Origin: a virus
Virus record (IMG/VR): IMGVR_UViG_3300045988_082903
Span: 1-64,000 of that record
Direction: 5' to 3' (one strand)
Length of the DNA: 64,000 bases
Shown: piece by piece, positions 51,824-60,899 of the stretch
Layout of the letters: the number at the start of each line of letters is the position of its first letter
How positions within the stretch are numbered: position 1 is the first letter of the stretch
The notes under the pieces: model-generated
The model's input: only the letters and a program-made list of their open reading frames with translations
Told to the model about the DNA's origin: nothing
Database searches by the model: none
Translations under genes and position numbers: made by a program

Positions 51824-52208
51824 CTTCGTTTCCTCTCTTAGAAATTCCGTATCTGGCAATATTGCCTTTTTGTGTGTCTAAAATCTTCTTTAGTGTGTAG
51901 TCTGGTAATACTGTTGGCTCTCCATTTTCATCCAAAATAAGGTTTCCATCCTCGCTTATTTGTGGGATTCTATCTATCCAAAATATGTCCGCTTCCTGTG
52001 GATGAAAATTTCGATTAAAGCTTGTAATATACCTGTCGTAATCTGGCACTATTCCGGCTGCAATTTCTTCCGTCGTTCCAGCAGTGGATGATACGGAAAA
52101 AGAGTATAAAACTGGTTTCTCATAAACTTTAATACGGTCTAATCCTTGTGTTTTCTCAGATATTCGTGACCAATATACCTTTTGCTTTTGACGGACTAAT
52201 CCTCTCAT
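51816..52208 (-). CDS. Head closure/adaptor-like protein (position-based)
   Basis: 130-aa ORF. Confidence 0.4.
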   Translation of the reverse strand: MRGLVRQKQKVYWSRISEKTQGLDRIKVYEKPVLYSFSVSSTAGTTEEIAAGIVPDYDRYITSFNRNFHPQEADIFWIDRIPQISEDGNLILDENGEPTVLPDYTLKKILDTQKGNIARYGISKRGNEDG

Positions 52209-52591
52209 GCAATCATCCTTTCTGCTCTAACAGGGGCTACATATGTGAATTGGTTTCCCAAAATATCTCTGGCCGTACCAATCACGAAATGGCCGTAGTC
52301 TGCCAGAATATTGCATACAAATTCCTCTGCGTCCACCCAATATCGTTTCTTGACCATGCGGTGAAGCTCTGGCAGTAAACCATAGCTGAACATCACGCAA
52401 TGACCTAATTCATGGATAAATACACGGTTCAGAAGTTCTCCATACAGGTTGTTTGCGATTGAAATTATCTTTGTTGAATAATCCGATACCGCAAGAGTTC
52501 TTTCGCCTGTGCGGTCAATTAACACGCTGTCGTGCGGAGATACGAACTGCACTCTCCATAGGTCTCCGTTCATATAAAATTGTCTTAGCAT
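52205..52591 (-). CDS. Small HExxH metallopeptidase-like protein 2
   Basis: FIHELGHCV motif. Confidence 0.55.
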   Translation of the reverse strand: MLRQFYMNGDLWRVQFVSPHDSVLIDRTGERTLAVSDYSTKIISIANNLYGELLNRVFIHELGHCVMFSYGLLPELHRMVKKRYWVDAEEFVCNILADYGHFVIGTARDILGNQFTYVAPVRAERMIA

Positions 52592-52609
52592 GGCTTATCA
52601 CCATCCATT

Positions 52610-52942
52610 TCAAATTAACTCAAGTTCTTTGAATACTTCAAAAATCTTCGGAGATTGAATCGCAAACCAATCAACTGTGGTTTCATCATGTCCGAACTGT
52701 TCCATATGTTGCCAATTGCACTGCAATCCACTTTCCGACAAGAATGCATGAATAATTTCGTGTCTCAACTGCTTTTTCTGTAAGAAGTCAAAATCACCAA
52801 CGTTATTTACGTTGTCCGTTCTGATAACAATTTCCTTTGCAGTATTATCTGTAAAGCCGTCAATATCTGCATTTTTAAGTTCTTTTGGAATAATTCTGTA
52901 ATTCGTTCCAAGAACATTTATTACACATTTTTCCATCATCAA
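52610..52942 (-). CDS. Small HExxH metallopeptidase-like protein 1
   Basis: LRHEIIHAF motif. Confidence 0.55.
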   Translation of the reverse strand: MMMEKCVINVLGTNYRIIPKELKNADIDGFTDNTAKEIVIRTDNVNNVGDFDFLQKKQLRHEIIHAFLSESGLQCNWQHMEQFGHDETTVDWFAIQSPKIFEVFKELELI

Positions 52943-53002
52943 TCTCCCTAATTAAAAAGCCCCTGCTACATTCCTGTAACAAGGGCAAAATTCATTTCAT
53001 AT

Positions 53003-53629
53003 TCAATTCATCTGCTGTATCAGACGAGTTAAGTCGGTTTTCATCGACTGTCTAAGAGTCGCATCTGCATCTGACCACATCTCTGTAAGATTTCTGACGA
53101 TATCGGATGTATATTCTTTCATAGAATCATCCATCTTACGCTTGGAATCAGAATCTTTGGAATCATGGTAATGTCTGCGGTTCTCGCTGTATCTGTCATA
53201 GCTTTCACCATATCTGGACTGCTTATGGTTCATTCCATCCATTCTCATATCACTACGGTCTGGATGATAACCCATGCGGTACATATTACGTTCGAACTCT
53301 GGATTGTTCAGATACTCGTCCATCCAGTCATCATCTTCCATGTACAGATATGGTTTATATCCCATACGACTTCCTTTGCCTTTCGGGGCAAATCTGCCGT
53401 TTGCGTAACGATACCTGTCATATCCCATGCGACCAAGATATTTCTCTTCCTGTTCGCATTCGTCCATAGCTTCTACGATTCTGTAATCTTTATCTGCACA
53501 AATCGCACACTTTACAGCTTCCATGCAGTCTTTCAAATCGTCCCAGTCTTGAGCGCTGAGATTATCAAAGCCATGTGTTTTGGCTTTTTCCATAGCCCAT
53601 TTTCCCATTTCCATTGCTGTCTTATGCAT
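53003..53629 (-). CDS. Charged protein with RMGY repeats
   Basis: GRMGYDRYRY, SRMGYKPYLY, YRMGYHPDRSDMRMDGM; no family recognised. Confidence 0.55.
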   Translation of the reverse strand: MHKTAMEMGKWAMEKAKTHGFDNLSAQDWDDLKDCMEAVKCAICADKDYRIVEAMDECEQEEKYLGRMGYDRYRYANGRFAPKGKGSRMGYKPYLYMEDDDWMDEYLNNPEFERNMYRMGYHPDRSDMRMDGMNHKQSRYGESYDRYSENRRHYHDSKDSDSKRKMDDSMKEYTSDIVRNLTEMWSDADATLRQSMKTDLTRLIQQMN

Positions 53630-54053
53630 TCACGATACCTCCCCTCTTCGAAGCCTGTACAACATTTTCTGCTGTTGGGGCTGTACCATTGATTGCAGTC
53701 AGATTGTTATTCGGACTACATGCCGGATTTCCTAACATTTTGAACGCTCCACCAGTAGCACTTGTTGCAACTCTGGTTGCATATTTTGTTCTGGTTCTTA
53801 CGCCACAAGCTGTTACCTGTGCGCAACAACGATTCTCCAATGGATATAAAGTTGTTCCTGTTCCTATCTGAATCATCACTGGGGCGGTAATTGTGGTTGT
53901 ATTCGGAATAGACTGTGCTAAAACAATGCAGTATTTTTCTCCATTATTGTAGCTTCCTTCCGGGATAGTAACCACAAGATTTCCACCTGTGAATGCAATC
54001 GCAGTAGACATCACAAGGTGATTGCAAAGCTTACAAACATTCTTACATGCCAT
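53622..54053 (-). CDS. Cys-containing beta-rich protein
   Basis: MACKNVCKLCNHL..., internal RCCAQVTACG; no family recognised. Confidence 0.55.
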   Translation of the reverse strand: MACKNVCKLCNHLVMSTAIAFTGGNLVVTIPEGSYNNGEKYCIVLAQSIPNTTTITAPVMIQIGTGTTLYPLENRCCAQVTACGVRTRTKYATRVATSATGGAFKMLGNPACSPNNNLTAINGTAPTAENVVQASKRGGIVNA

Positions 54054-54131
54054 ATCTTTTACCTCTCAATCAATAAGAGGTGAGCCGAAACCCACCTCTT
54101 AGAATTTAGTCAACCTCTAAGGGTGAGTTAC

Positions 54132-54938
54132 TTAGCAACAACCATTACCATATGTGCTACATCCTGCGTACGCATATGGAGCCGGAACCTGGAATGCAGG
54201 AATCGGAGCCGGATTGATTGCATTGATTAACTGCTGTGTCTGAGAAGCCATTGCAGTTGTGAGCAATGCAGACTGGCGATCCTGGGATGCAGCACGCTTC
54301 AGATCAGAATTCTCTGCCTGTAATGTTGCAATCTTATCCTGAGTTAAAAAGTCTAACAGCGCACGAGTGTTGCTGTTCTGATTTTCCAGAATGTCTCTGG
54401 TGTTGTTGTTCATTGTGTTCTGCAATGCACAAGTGTTGGTAGCCAGATTGTAATTTACGCCCTGGATAGCTTCTCTGGTCTCGCAGCAACAGTTCTGGAG
54501 CTGTGCCTGTAATGCATTGGTATTCTGCATACCGGCTACAGTATCAGCATTGATTGCCTGCTGAATTCCGTTGAATCCTTGAAGCATTCCAACATTCACG
54601 CCGTTGAAACCGCTCTGCATGGTATTGTTAAGCGCATATGTGCTATCGCAAATACCCTGCTGAATACCTCTAATACCATTCTGAATATCATTCAGAGCAA
54701 AGCCCTCATTGATATCTGCTCTGGTAGCCCATCCTTGGAAACCTGCACCATTTGTACCGTTTCCACCATTGCCGCCCCAGCCACCAAAGCCGCCGAAACC
54801 GCCCCAGCCGAAGATTGCAAAAATAAGGACAAGCCAGATAAGGGAAAAACCATCGCCGCCCCACATGTCGTTTGCACGGTTATTAGAGCCTGTAGCGGCT
54901 GCAATGTCGCTAAGACTATAATTTGAACCATTCATCAT
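54132..54938 (-). CDS. Gly/Asn/Gln-rich membrane-anchored protein with CCC and terminal GCC
   Basis: TM LIWLVLIFAIFGW then GGFGGFGGWGGNGGNG, N/Q-rich region with NCCCE, C-terminal CSTYGNGCC. Confidence 0.55.
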   Translation of the reverse strand: MMNGSNYSLSDIAAATGSNNRANDMWGGDGFSLIWLVLIFAIFGWGGFGGFGGWGGNGGNGTNGAGFQGWATRADINEGFALNDIQNGIRGIQQGICDSTYALNNTMQSGFNGVNVGMLQGFNGIQQAINADTVAGMQNTNALQAQLQNCCCETREAIQGVNYNLATNTCALQNTMNNNTRDILENQNSNTRALLDFLTQDKIATLQAENSDLKRAASQDRQSALLTTAMASQTQQLINAINPAPIPAFQVPAPYAYAGCSTYGNGCC

Positions 54939-55032
54939 GTTTTTAGTCTCCTTAAATTTTATTTACAATAGGAGACATCCGCGGCTGTCATCCCAAATTG
55001 TAGCGATTTTAAATCACCCAATTATGGGGAAG

Positions 55033-55281
55033 TTATTTCATCCCTAAAAATTTTTCCAAAATTCCTTCGGGAGAAAAATTCTTTTCTTTAAATATATTTT
55101 GCTGAACTTGGTGTAATTGTTCTGTATCACCATGTTTGTATAAATCCAAAGCATTTTTCAATGTTGGATTGTTACCTGCAAATTTACTCATATCGTTCAT
55201 CATGTTATCAACACTTCCGAACCTCTGAGAAATCATTTGCTGAATTTTTTGTTTCATTATTGTGTTTGGGTTGAAATTCAT
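55033..55281 (-). CDS. Hypothetical protein
   Basis: 82-aa ORF, 4-nt overlap. Confidence 0.5.
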   Translation of the reverse strand: MNFNPNTIMKQKIQQMISQRFGSVDNMMNDMSKFAGNNPTLKNALDLYKHGDTEQLHQVQQNIFKEKNFSPEGILEKFLGMK

Positions 55282-55766
55282 CTCTGATTACCTCCCTTCT
55301 GTGTCTTGGGCGGTTCAGATTGTATTGGCAATAATTCTTTAATTTCGGAAATCTCTGCGTGAACATCATCACGAAGTTGGTTAATCAGCGAAACAATATC
55401 AACTTGATTTGTCTTATTGCTTTCTGGTTGTTCTCCTTCATTTACAAGTCTATAAGTGAAAATTCGGCTTCTGCCATCTGCCTGTAACTGTTTTCGGTAA
55501 ACTTCTGTACCGTCAGTTTTTGGATAATAGACAGGGTTTCCAGACATATCTACGTCTTTTGCCTTTACGGTATCAATACCATCAACCATCTGTCCTTGCA
55601 ACATGGGGATTTGTGGTACTTGTGGCATTTGTTGTATTGGTTGCTGAATCTGTGCCTGTCCGTATGGCATTGCCTGCTGATAACTATTCTGCAATTGTGC
55701 TAATCTATCTTGATACGGCTGTATTTGTTGAAATGGTTGCGCAAAATACGGATTACCATACTGCAT
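55278..55766 (-). CDS. Protein with Q/P-rich low-complexity N-terminus
   Basis: QPFQQIQPYQDRLAQLQNSYQQAMPYGQAQIQQPIQQMPQVPQIP then a globular part. Confidence 0.55.
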   Translation of the reverse strand: MQYGNPYFAQPFQQIQPYQDRLAQLQNSYQQAMPYGQAQIQQPIQQMPQVPQIPMLQGQMVDGIDTVKAKDVDMSGNPVYYPKTDGTEVYRKQLQADGRSRIFTYRLVNEGEQPESNKTNQVDIVSLINQLRDDVHAEISEIKELLPIQSEPPKTQKGGNQR

Positions 55767-55824
55767 ATCTCAAACCTCCCTTGTTTTTATAACTATATTT
55801 TACAATAATAAGAGGTTGATTAAC

Positions 55825-55853
55825 ACGCCACGATAACGCCATAAATACGCCAC
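55825..55853. repeat. Three ACGCCA(C/T) direct repeats at exact 11-bp spacing
   Basis: Starts at 55825, 55836 and 55847, upstream of 55278..55766. Confidence 0.85.
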
Positions 55854-55856
55854 GTT

Positions 55857-56096
55857 TTATGAATACAAAGAAAAGCCCCGACAATACATCGGGGCGACTT
55901 TCATAATTTTCTTCTTTAATTTTCTGTTTATGCGGTCTACGGTTCTTGTGCTGTAGCCCATGATTTCTGAAGCTTCTGCAAGTGTTTTTTCTTCGTAAAC
56001 ACGCAATCGGAATAACTCTTTTTCTCTGGAATCAAATCCAGCTTCACGCAAATAGAAGATTCTTTCATCTTCCGAAAAGTCTTTATAATTATCCAT
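55857..56096 (-). CDS. Small sigma-70 region-4-like HTH protein
   Basis: ATG 56096 seven nt after GGGAGGA; REKELFRLRVYEEKTLAEASEIMGYSTRTVDRINRKLKKK. Confidence 0.6.
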   Translation of the reverse strand: MDNYKDFSEDERIFYLREAGFDSREKELFRLRVYEEKTLAEASEIMGYSTRTVDRINRKLKKKIMKVAPMYCRGFSLYS

Positions 56097-56127
56097 TCCA
56101 CCGTCCTCCCTGTTAGTGGAATCAATA

Positions 56128-56439
56128 TTACACCGGGAAAATGCCTTTAAGAGCAAAACCTAAAACAATACCAATTATTCCAGTTATAACATAAGCAATA
56201 ATTTTGTCCTGTAATTTTCCTGGCTTTTCCATGAGTGCTTTTAAATTGTCGTTCATTTCGTCAACTGTATCTTTGATGTGTCCCAGATCGTTGTTGTATA
56301 AAGCAATTTTCTGTTCTAGCGCATTGATACGATTAAAAAAGCCTTCATCCCTTTTGGAATGCTTTTCTTTCATCTCATGGACGGCACTTTCCAATTCTTG
56401 CAAGCGGTGTTCGTTGATACACTCGTGTTCACATCCCAT
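56128..56439 (-). CDS. XhlA-like coiled-coil protein with C-terminal TM anchor
   Basis: Coiled coil then IIAYVITGIIGIVLGFALKG. Confidence 0.45.
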   Translation of the reverse strand: MGCEHECINEHRLQELESAVHEMKEKHSKRDEGFFNRINALEQKIALYNNDLGHIKDTVDEMNDNLKALMEKPGKLQDKIIAYVITGIIGIVLGFALKGIFPV

Positions 56440-56546
56440 CGCTATTCCTTTCCATCACTCCCATTTTTTAGATATTGCTTCTACCCACCTAATTTGAAGC
56501 ACCCCTGCGATACGTGGGAGGATTGACGTATCACGCACACACCATC

Positions 56547-56867
56547 TTAGAATCCGATAAATGGAAAAACACCATGATTTACATAGATTTCAGTTTCGGA
56601 AGTCCAATTTCTGTTTACAGAAGATTCGGAATGTGATCCTTGGAATTCAGCTCCCTGTTTCACCAGAAAGAAAAGAGCCAAATCAAATATGCAATCATAG
56701 CAGTTTTCCATATCGGAATTTATTTTCTCATCACTGTAAGATGAAGGATAATTCCTTTTCTTCTTAAATGAACGAATAGCCCTCTTTGCCGAAAGAGGAA
56801 TCATCCTCGCAGTTTCTGCATCATCTTCAAGATAATTTGTCAAATCCTCTATAAGCTGTTCGTCCAT
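56547..56867 (-). CDS. Head-tail connector (gp6-like)
   Basis: 106 aa after the capsid gene; LIEDLTNYLEDDAE...AIRSF pattern. Confidence 0.6.
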   Translation of the reverse strand: MDEQLIEDLTNYLEDDAETARMIPLSAKRAIRSFKKKRNYPSSYSDEKINSDMENCYDCIFDLALFFLVKQGAEFQGSHSESSVNRNWTSETEIYVNHGVFPFIGF

Positions 56868-56875
56868 TTAATCAC

Positions 56876-56980
56876 CTACCTTTGCTGAGATAAAATCTCT
56901 GATATTATTCCAGCCTTATTAGTTGCTGTCAGGGCATAGCCGTTATCACTTGCGAGTTGTCTTAACTGAGATACAGTCAT
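56876..56980 (-). CDS. Possible 34-aa HeH/Rho-N-like peptide
   Basis: MTVSQLRQLASDNGYALTATNKAGIISEILSQQR; weak SD. Confidence 0.35.
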   Translation of the reverse strand: MTVSQLRQLASDNGYALTATNKAGIISEILSQQR

Positions 56981-57075
56981 ATTAGATAACTCGCTTTCTG
57001 TATACTTATGTATTGATTCATTATAAACACTTGCTACAGATGGTGACTGGCTGTTTTCATCGAGACTATGCCCGG

Positions 57076-58113
57076 TTATTCCCCCGCCTTGGTACCGATA
57101 ACGATACCGCCGTTAGCTTTTGGTGCAACAGGAACAAACATACCAGACGCTTTTGTCCATACTGCAACTGGGTCTGGTGTAGCCCACATGGAAAGAGTTA
57201 CGAAAGAACGGTTCTCTTCCTGGATGAACTGTCTGTATTCCGTTTCCTCTGGAGTTACGCCCCAGAGACCAACACCGAAGGATCCGTCGGCATCTGCTTC
57301 ATACAGAGTAAATACATCCTCTTTGAAGAATCTGGCTGTTTTCATAGTTCCATCTGCTTTTCTAAAATTGAATTTCTCATCACAACGATCAATTGTGATT
57401 TCATATTCCTGCATAAGCAGATTTGCAAGTTCCTGCTTTGTGAGAAGTCTCTTATTTGCAGCACCCAGAACAGCTGTCTGCATTGCAGTATTGTTCCGCA
57501 TATAGTTGATCATTTTAAGAGAAGTTACAGCCTTGTTTACTACATAGCCATTGCCTTCTGCTACAGCTACCATTTTTTGGATATCGCCCATGATATCTGA
57601 ATCTGGCTTAGACCAATCGGTAAGCGTTACTTTTGCACTTGCTGGAACTCCATAGTCAATTCCCATATCAACATGGTTCTCTTTGATTGTTACGGCACCG
57701 GTAGAAAGGAACTGTCCTTTCATAGCATTTGCTCTGGCAACAACGCCATCAAACAGGCCGGCTGCATCATTAAATACAAAGTTTTTCAGTGCTTCATTAT
57801 CCGGCACGCCGTTTTCAATTGCCTGCTGCAATCTTTCAGATTGATTGATTTTCCTCTTGATAAAGAGCTTTTCGGTCAGGACTTTTTCAAATCCAGGTCT
57901 TGTACCGATTTCTGCTTCGGTATCAAGAGCATGAACAAATGCAACTTCCGGGAGATTCTGTCCAGCCATAAGTCTGTAATACTCTGCTTTCAGATACTGG
58001 GTTTTTGTATCTGGGAAAATGGTATCGAGGATACCTGGTCTTTTAACGCTGAAATTCTGAGAGAAATTAAGTCTTTCTTCTTGGGTGATTGATTCTAAAA
58101 TATTAAATGGCAT
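57076..58113 (-). CDS. Major capsid protein
   Basis: 345 aa after scaffold and decoration-like genes; resembles the capsid protein E-type family (memory-based). Confidence 0.8.
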   Translation of the reverse strand: MPFNILESITQEERLNFSQNFSVKRPGILDTIFPDTKTQYLKAEYYRLMAGQNLPEVAFVHALDTEAEIGTRPGFEKVLTEKLFIKRKINQSERLQQAIENGVPDNEALKNFVFNDAAGLFDGVVARANAMKGQFLSTGAVTIKENHVDMGIDYGVPASAKVTLTDWSKPDSDIMGDIQKMVAVAEGNGYVVNKAVTSLKMINYMRNNTAMQTAVLGAANKRLLTKQELANLLMQEYEITIDRCDEKFNFRKADGTMKTARFFKEDVFTLYEADADGSFGVGLWGVTPEETEYRQFIQEENRSFVTLSMWATPDPVAVWTKASGMFVPVAPKANGGIVIGTKAGE

Positions 58114-58128
58114 ATTTCCTATACCTCC

Positions 58129-58473
58129 TTAAAATACTGGGTCTTCTGTGACTACAAAAACAATTCCTGCTTTTTCAAGCTCTGTTTTTGCAGTAGTGTC
58201 AACTGTTACTGGAAGTCTCTTTTCGAGAACACGTCCTGCGACAATCACGGAAATTGGTCTCTTGGTATCATCTGTCATATCAACATCTTCAAATACAATG
58301 CCGATTGCGCCTGTCGCATTTGTTGGATATACGGAACCTGCTTTAATAATTTTCTTAGTTCCAACTGTTTCAGCATTTGTCTGGTCTGCTGTGTAGGTTT
58401 TAAGTACAAGTCCGACCTCGGATTCGAGAATATTTGGAGTGGACTCATACTGCTCTGTTTTCATAAAAGCCAT
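58129..58473 (-). CDS. Capsid-associated small protein (decoration-like, position-based)
   Basis: 114-aa ORF between scaffold and capsid. Confidence 0.45.
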   Translation of the reverse strand: MAFMKTEQYESTPNILESEVGLVLKTYTADQTNAETVGTKKIIKAGSVYPTNATGAIGIVFEDVDMTDDTKRPISVIVAGRVLEKRLPVTVDTTAKTELEKAGIVFVVTEDPVF

Positions 58474-58491
58474 TATTTATATCTCCTTTAC

Positions 58492-59139
58492 TTAAATATT
58501 TACAGGGGCGTTATCGTCCGCTGATTTAGTTTCCTGGTTCATTTTTGCTGAGTAAGCTTTTGCAAATTCAGCAGCATCGCTTTTCACTGTAGGTTTGCCG
58601 CCGCTACCACCACCCGGATTCGGAGTGTTTTCTAATGCTTCTTTCTCCCAAGCTGCTTTTGCGGTATCAAGTGCTGTTTTATTTGCTTCGGAAACTCCCT
58701 TGACAAAAGTTTCAACTTCTTTCATTACATCCTCAGATTTCTCACAAGGCATGGACGCATATGCTTTAATAGCACTTGCGTAAGTTTCGCTTGAAAGTCC
58801 TGCGTTTGCGAACATGGAAGTAATTTCACTGGTAAGGGCTTTTTTGTTGGATTCTGCAAGCGCAGCTTTCAAATCAGCTAACTCCTTATCCACTGCTTCC
58901 TTTTCTTTCTTGCGTTCAGCTTCTAGCCGTTCTGCTTCGGTCATGTTCTGCTTTTTCAACTCTTCCAACTCTTTTTCCAGGGAATCTGCTTTTTCAGCTT
59001 TTTCCTTCAGAGAAACATTTTTGTCTTTCTCTTTCTTAGTTTCAGCAGAAATAGAATCAAGAAGCTTAGAAACCTGTTCCTCGGAAGGTTCTGCAACTCC
59101 CATACCGATAAGTACCTGTTTTGCCTGTTCTCTTGTCAT
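58492..59139 (-). CDS. Scaffolding protein
   Basis: ATG 59139 after GAAAGGAGA; Lys/Glu-rich coiled coil. Confidence 0.7.
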   Translation of the reverse strand: MTREQAKQVLIGMGVAEPSEEQVSKLLDSISAETKKEKDKNVSLKEKAEKADSLEKELEELKKQNMTEAERLEAERKKEKEAVDKELADLKAALAESNKKALTSEITSMFANAGLSSETYASAIKAYASMPCEKSEDVMKEVETFVKGVSEANKTALDTAKAAWEKEALENTPNPGGGSGGKPTVKSDAAEFAKAYSAKMNQETKSADDNAPVNI

Positions 59140-59304
59140 TGAAATCTCCTTTCTTCCAGTCCAATACGCTTTTTCAACACGGTTCGCTCCGCACATGGTC
59201 TGTACCCGATTTACGCTCACGGGCTGTTGCAATTTATTTGATTTTGGGTATTAAAAAAGAAGCCTTAGATTTCTCTAAAACTCCTTAAATAATCGAAATT
59301 TGGT

Positions 59305-60777
59305 TCATTCTTCGTTAGATGGAGAATTTGCCATTGGTTCTGTTTTGGACGGATTCTGAAATTTTTCATCCAGTAGTTGTTGAGCTTTCTTCATTTCCGC
59401 TTCCGGGTCTGCCAGTTCCGGGTAAATAGTTCCCAGATACGGTAAACTCATTTCGTAGACTTTCTGCGGATCACTAAATAGCCCACAAGTAATCAGTGCG
59501 ATAAGCGGATGGATTTTATTTTTGAACAGATAATCAAGTGCTTGTGCTTTTACAAGCATATTGTCTGTTGGGTTTCTGGTTATCTTTACATCGAAATCTC
59601 GAGTTGAGATATTAACATCATTTGATGTACCACGGATAATATTCAGAATAATTCTAGCAGATTCCTTTTCGGCTTCCTTGGTGAATGCTTCTACCAATTT
59701 TGCATCTCTCTCTGCGAAGTCCCATCCATTACGAAGGTATACGGCATTTCCTGTATCTCCTCCGCTATTGCTTTGTCGGTTTGGCATTGCTTCCACAATC
59801 AGCATATTATTGTAGATATCATCCTTTGCAACCTGGCTCTCTGATTGATTCAGTTCAGCGGTCATAAGTTCAACATCCGACTGACAGCCATTTCCAGTGT
59901 CTTTAACAGAGATAGCACCAAGTTTTACCATTTTCAAAAACTCGTTTTCGTCTACCTCGCAGTTTTTAAATTTCATAAAGGCTTGCACAAACTGTTCCAC
60001 GCCATTTAATCTATCAGACTGGTATTTGTTGATTGCATCAAATAAGGTGATTGCAATTTCAACGTCTGATAGTCTGTCGTGATTATTCGGGCATTCAACA
60101 ATAGGAATCCCGCCAAAACCATTGATGCCGTAGTTGGTTACTTTTCCATTCTTGATTTCAAAAAACTGGTTCTTTGAATAACATAAATAATATTGCTGTT
60201 CGTCTTCATCCTTTAAAATCTGAACGGACAGCATTGGTTTCCCGTTTCTCTGCGAATATACAATGTAACAATCACCTGGATATGGGATGAAAATTCTAAA
60301 CGGTGGTAAATCTCCGTTTTCTGTCCAGTCCTCTTCTTTCAGAATAGCCTTATAAGAAGTTCCTGTTGCACTCTGGTATATTGCCCTTTGGATGTTTCTT
60401 GCATCTGCATTGGCTTCATCCAAATAGTCATTCAGAAGGTCAACTTGCTCATTTATTTTTTCATCTGCATTTTTCTTTTTACATACATATTGAATTGGCT
60501 CCCCACAAATCTGTCCAGCTTTAAATTTTACAGTTTCAAACGCGTGATTTTCAACCACTCTGTTATTAACTTCTGGACGGACTATTTTGTTTCGGTATAA
60601 TATCGGCTGATCGCCTTTCATGTACCGATACAAGTAATCAATTAATGTTCGGTTTCTATTATGTATGCCAATTGTATCTGATACTACTTTTACTACATTT
60701 TGTGGAGTGATTCGGTCAACGCCTGTGTAGGCCACTTTTCGCCCGAACTCACCTCGGCATAAATCTACAAAATTCAT
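59305..60777 (-). CDS. Portal protein
   Basis: About 490 aa between the regulator/terminase and the scaffold; start ambiguous (ATG 60777, GTG 60789 or ATG 60801). Confidence 0.8.
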   Translation of the reverse strand: MNFVDLCRGEFGRKVAYTGVDRITPQNVVKVVSDTIGIHNRNRTLIDYLYRYMKGDQPILYRNKIVRPEVNNRVVENHAFETVKFKAGQICGEPIQYVCKKKNADEKINEQVDLLNDYLDEANADARNIQRAIYQSATGTSYKAILKEEDWTENGDLPPFRIFIPYPGDCYIVYSQRNGKPMLSVQILKDEDEQQYYLCYSKNQFFEIKNGKVTNYGINGFGGIPIVECPNNHDRLSDVEIAITLFDAINKYQSDRLNGVEQFVQAFMKFKNCEVDENEFLKMVKLGAISVKDTGNGCQSDVELMTAELNQSESQVAKDDIYNNMLIVEAMPNRQSNSGGDTGNAVYLRNGWDFAERDAKLVEAFTKEAEKESARIILNIIRGTSNDVNISTRDFDVKITRNPTDNMLVKAQALDYLFKNKIHPLIALITCGLFSDPQKVYEMSLPYLGTIYPELADPEAEMKKAQQLLDEKFQNPSKTEPMANSPSNEE

Positions 60778-60808
60778 TGTATTTCTCACGAGCCGAACCA
60801 TCCTTTCT

Positions 60809-60844
60809 GAAAAATAAAAAGCACTGGATATTTTAATCCAATGC
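60809..60844 (-). terminator. Promoter-proximal intrinsic terminator (late cassette c)
   Basis: Minus strand GCATTGGAT taaaat ATCCAGTGC then TTTTTATTTTT. Confidence 0.7.
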
Positions 60845-60854
60845 TCTACTTTAT

Positions 60855-60899
60855 ATTTTACACATATTGGCGGTATCATTCAGTATACTTCGGTATCAT
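60855..60899 (-). promoter_or_regulatory. Late-promoter-like cassette c
   Basis: Minus strand ATGATACCGAAGTATACTGAATGATAC - 6 nt - TATGTGTAAAAT; the box overlaps the stop codon of 60896..61318. Confidence 0.6.
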
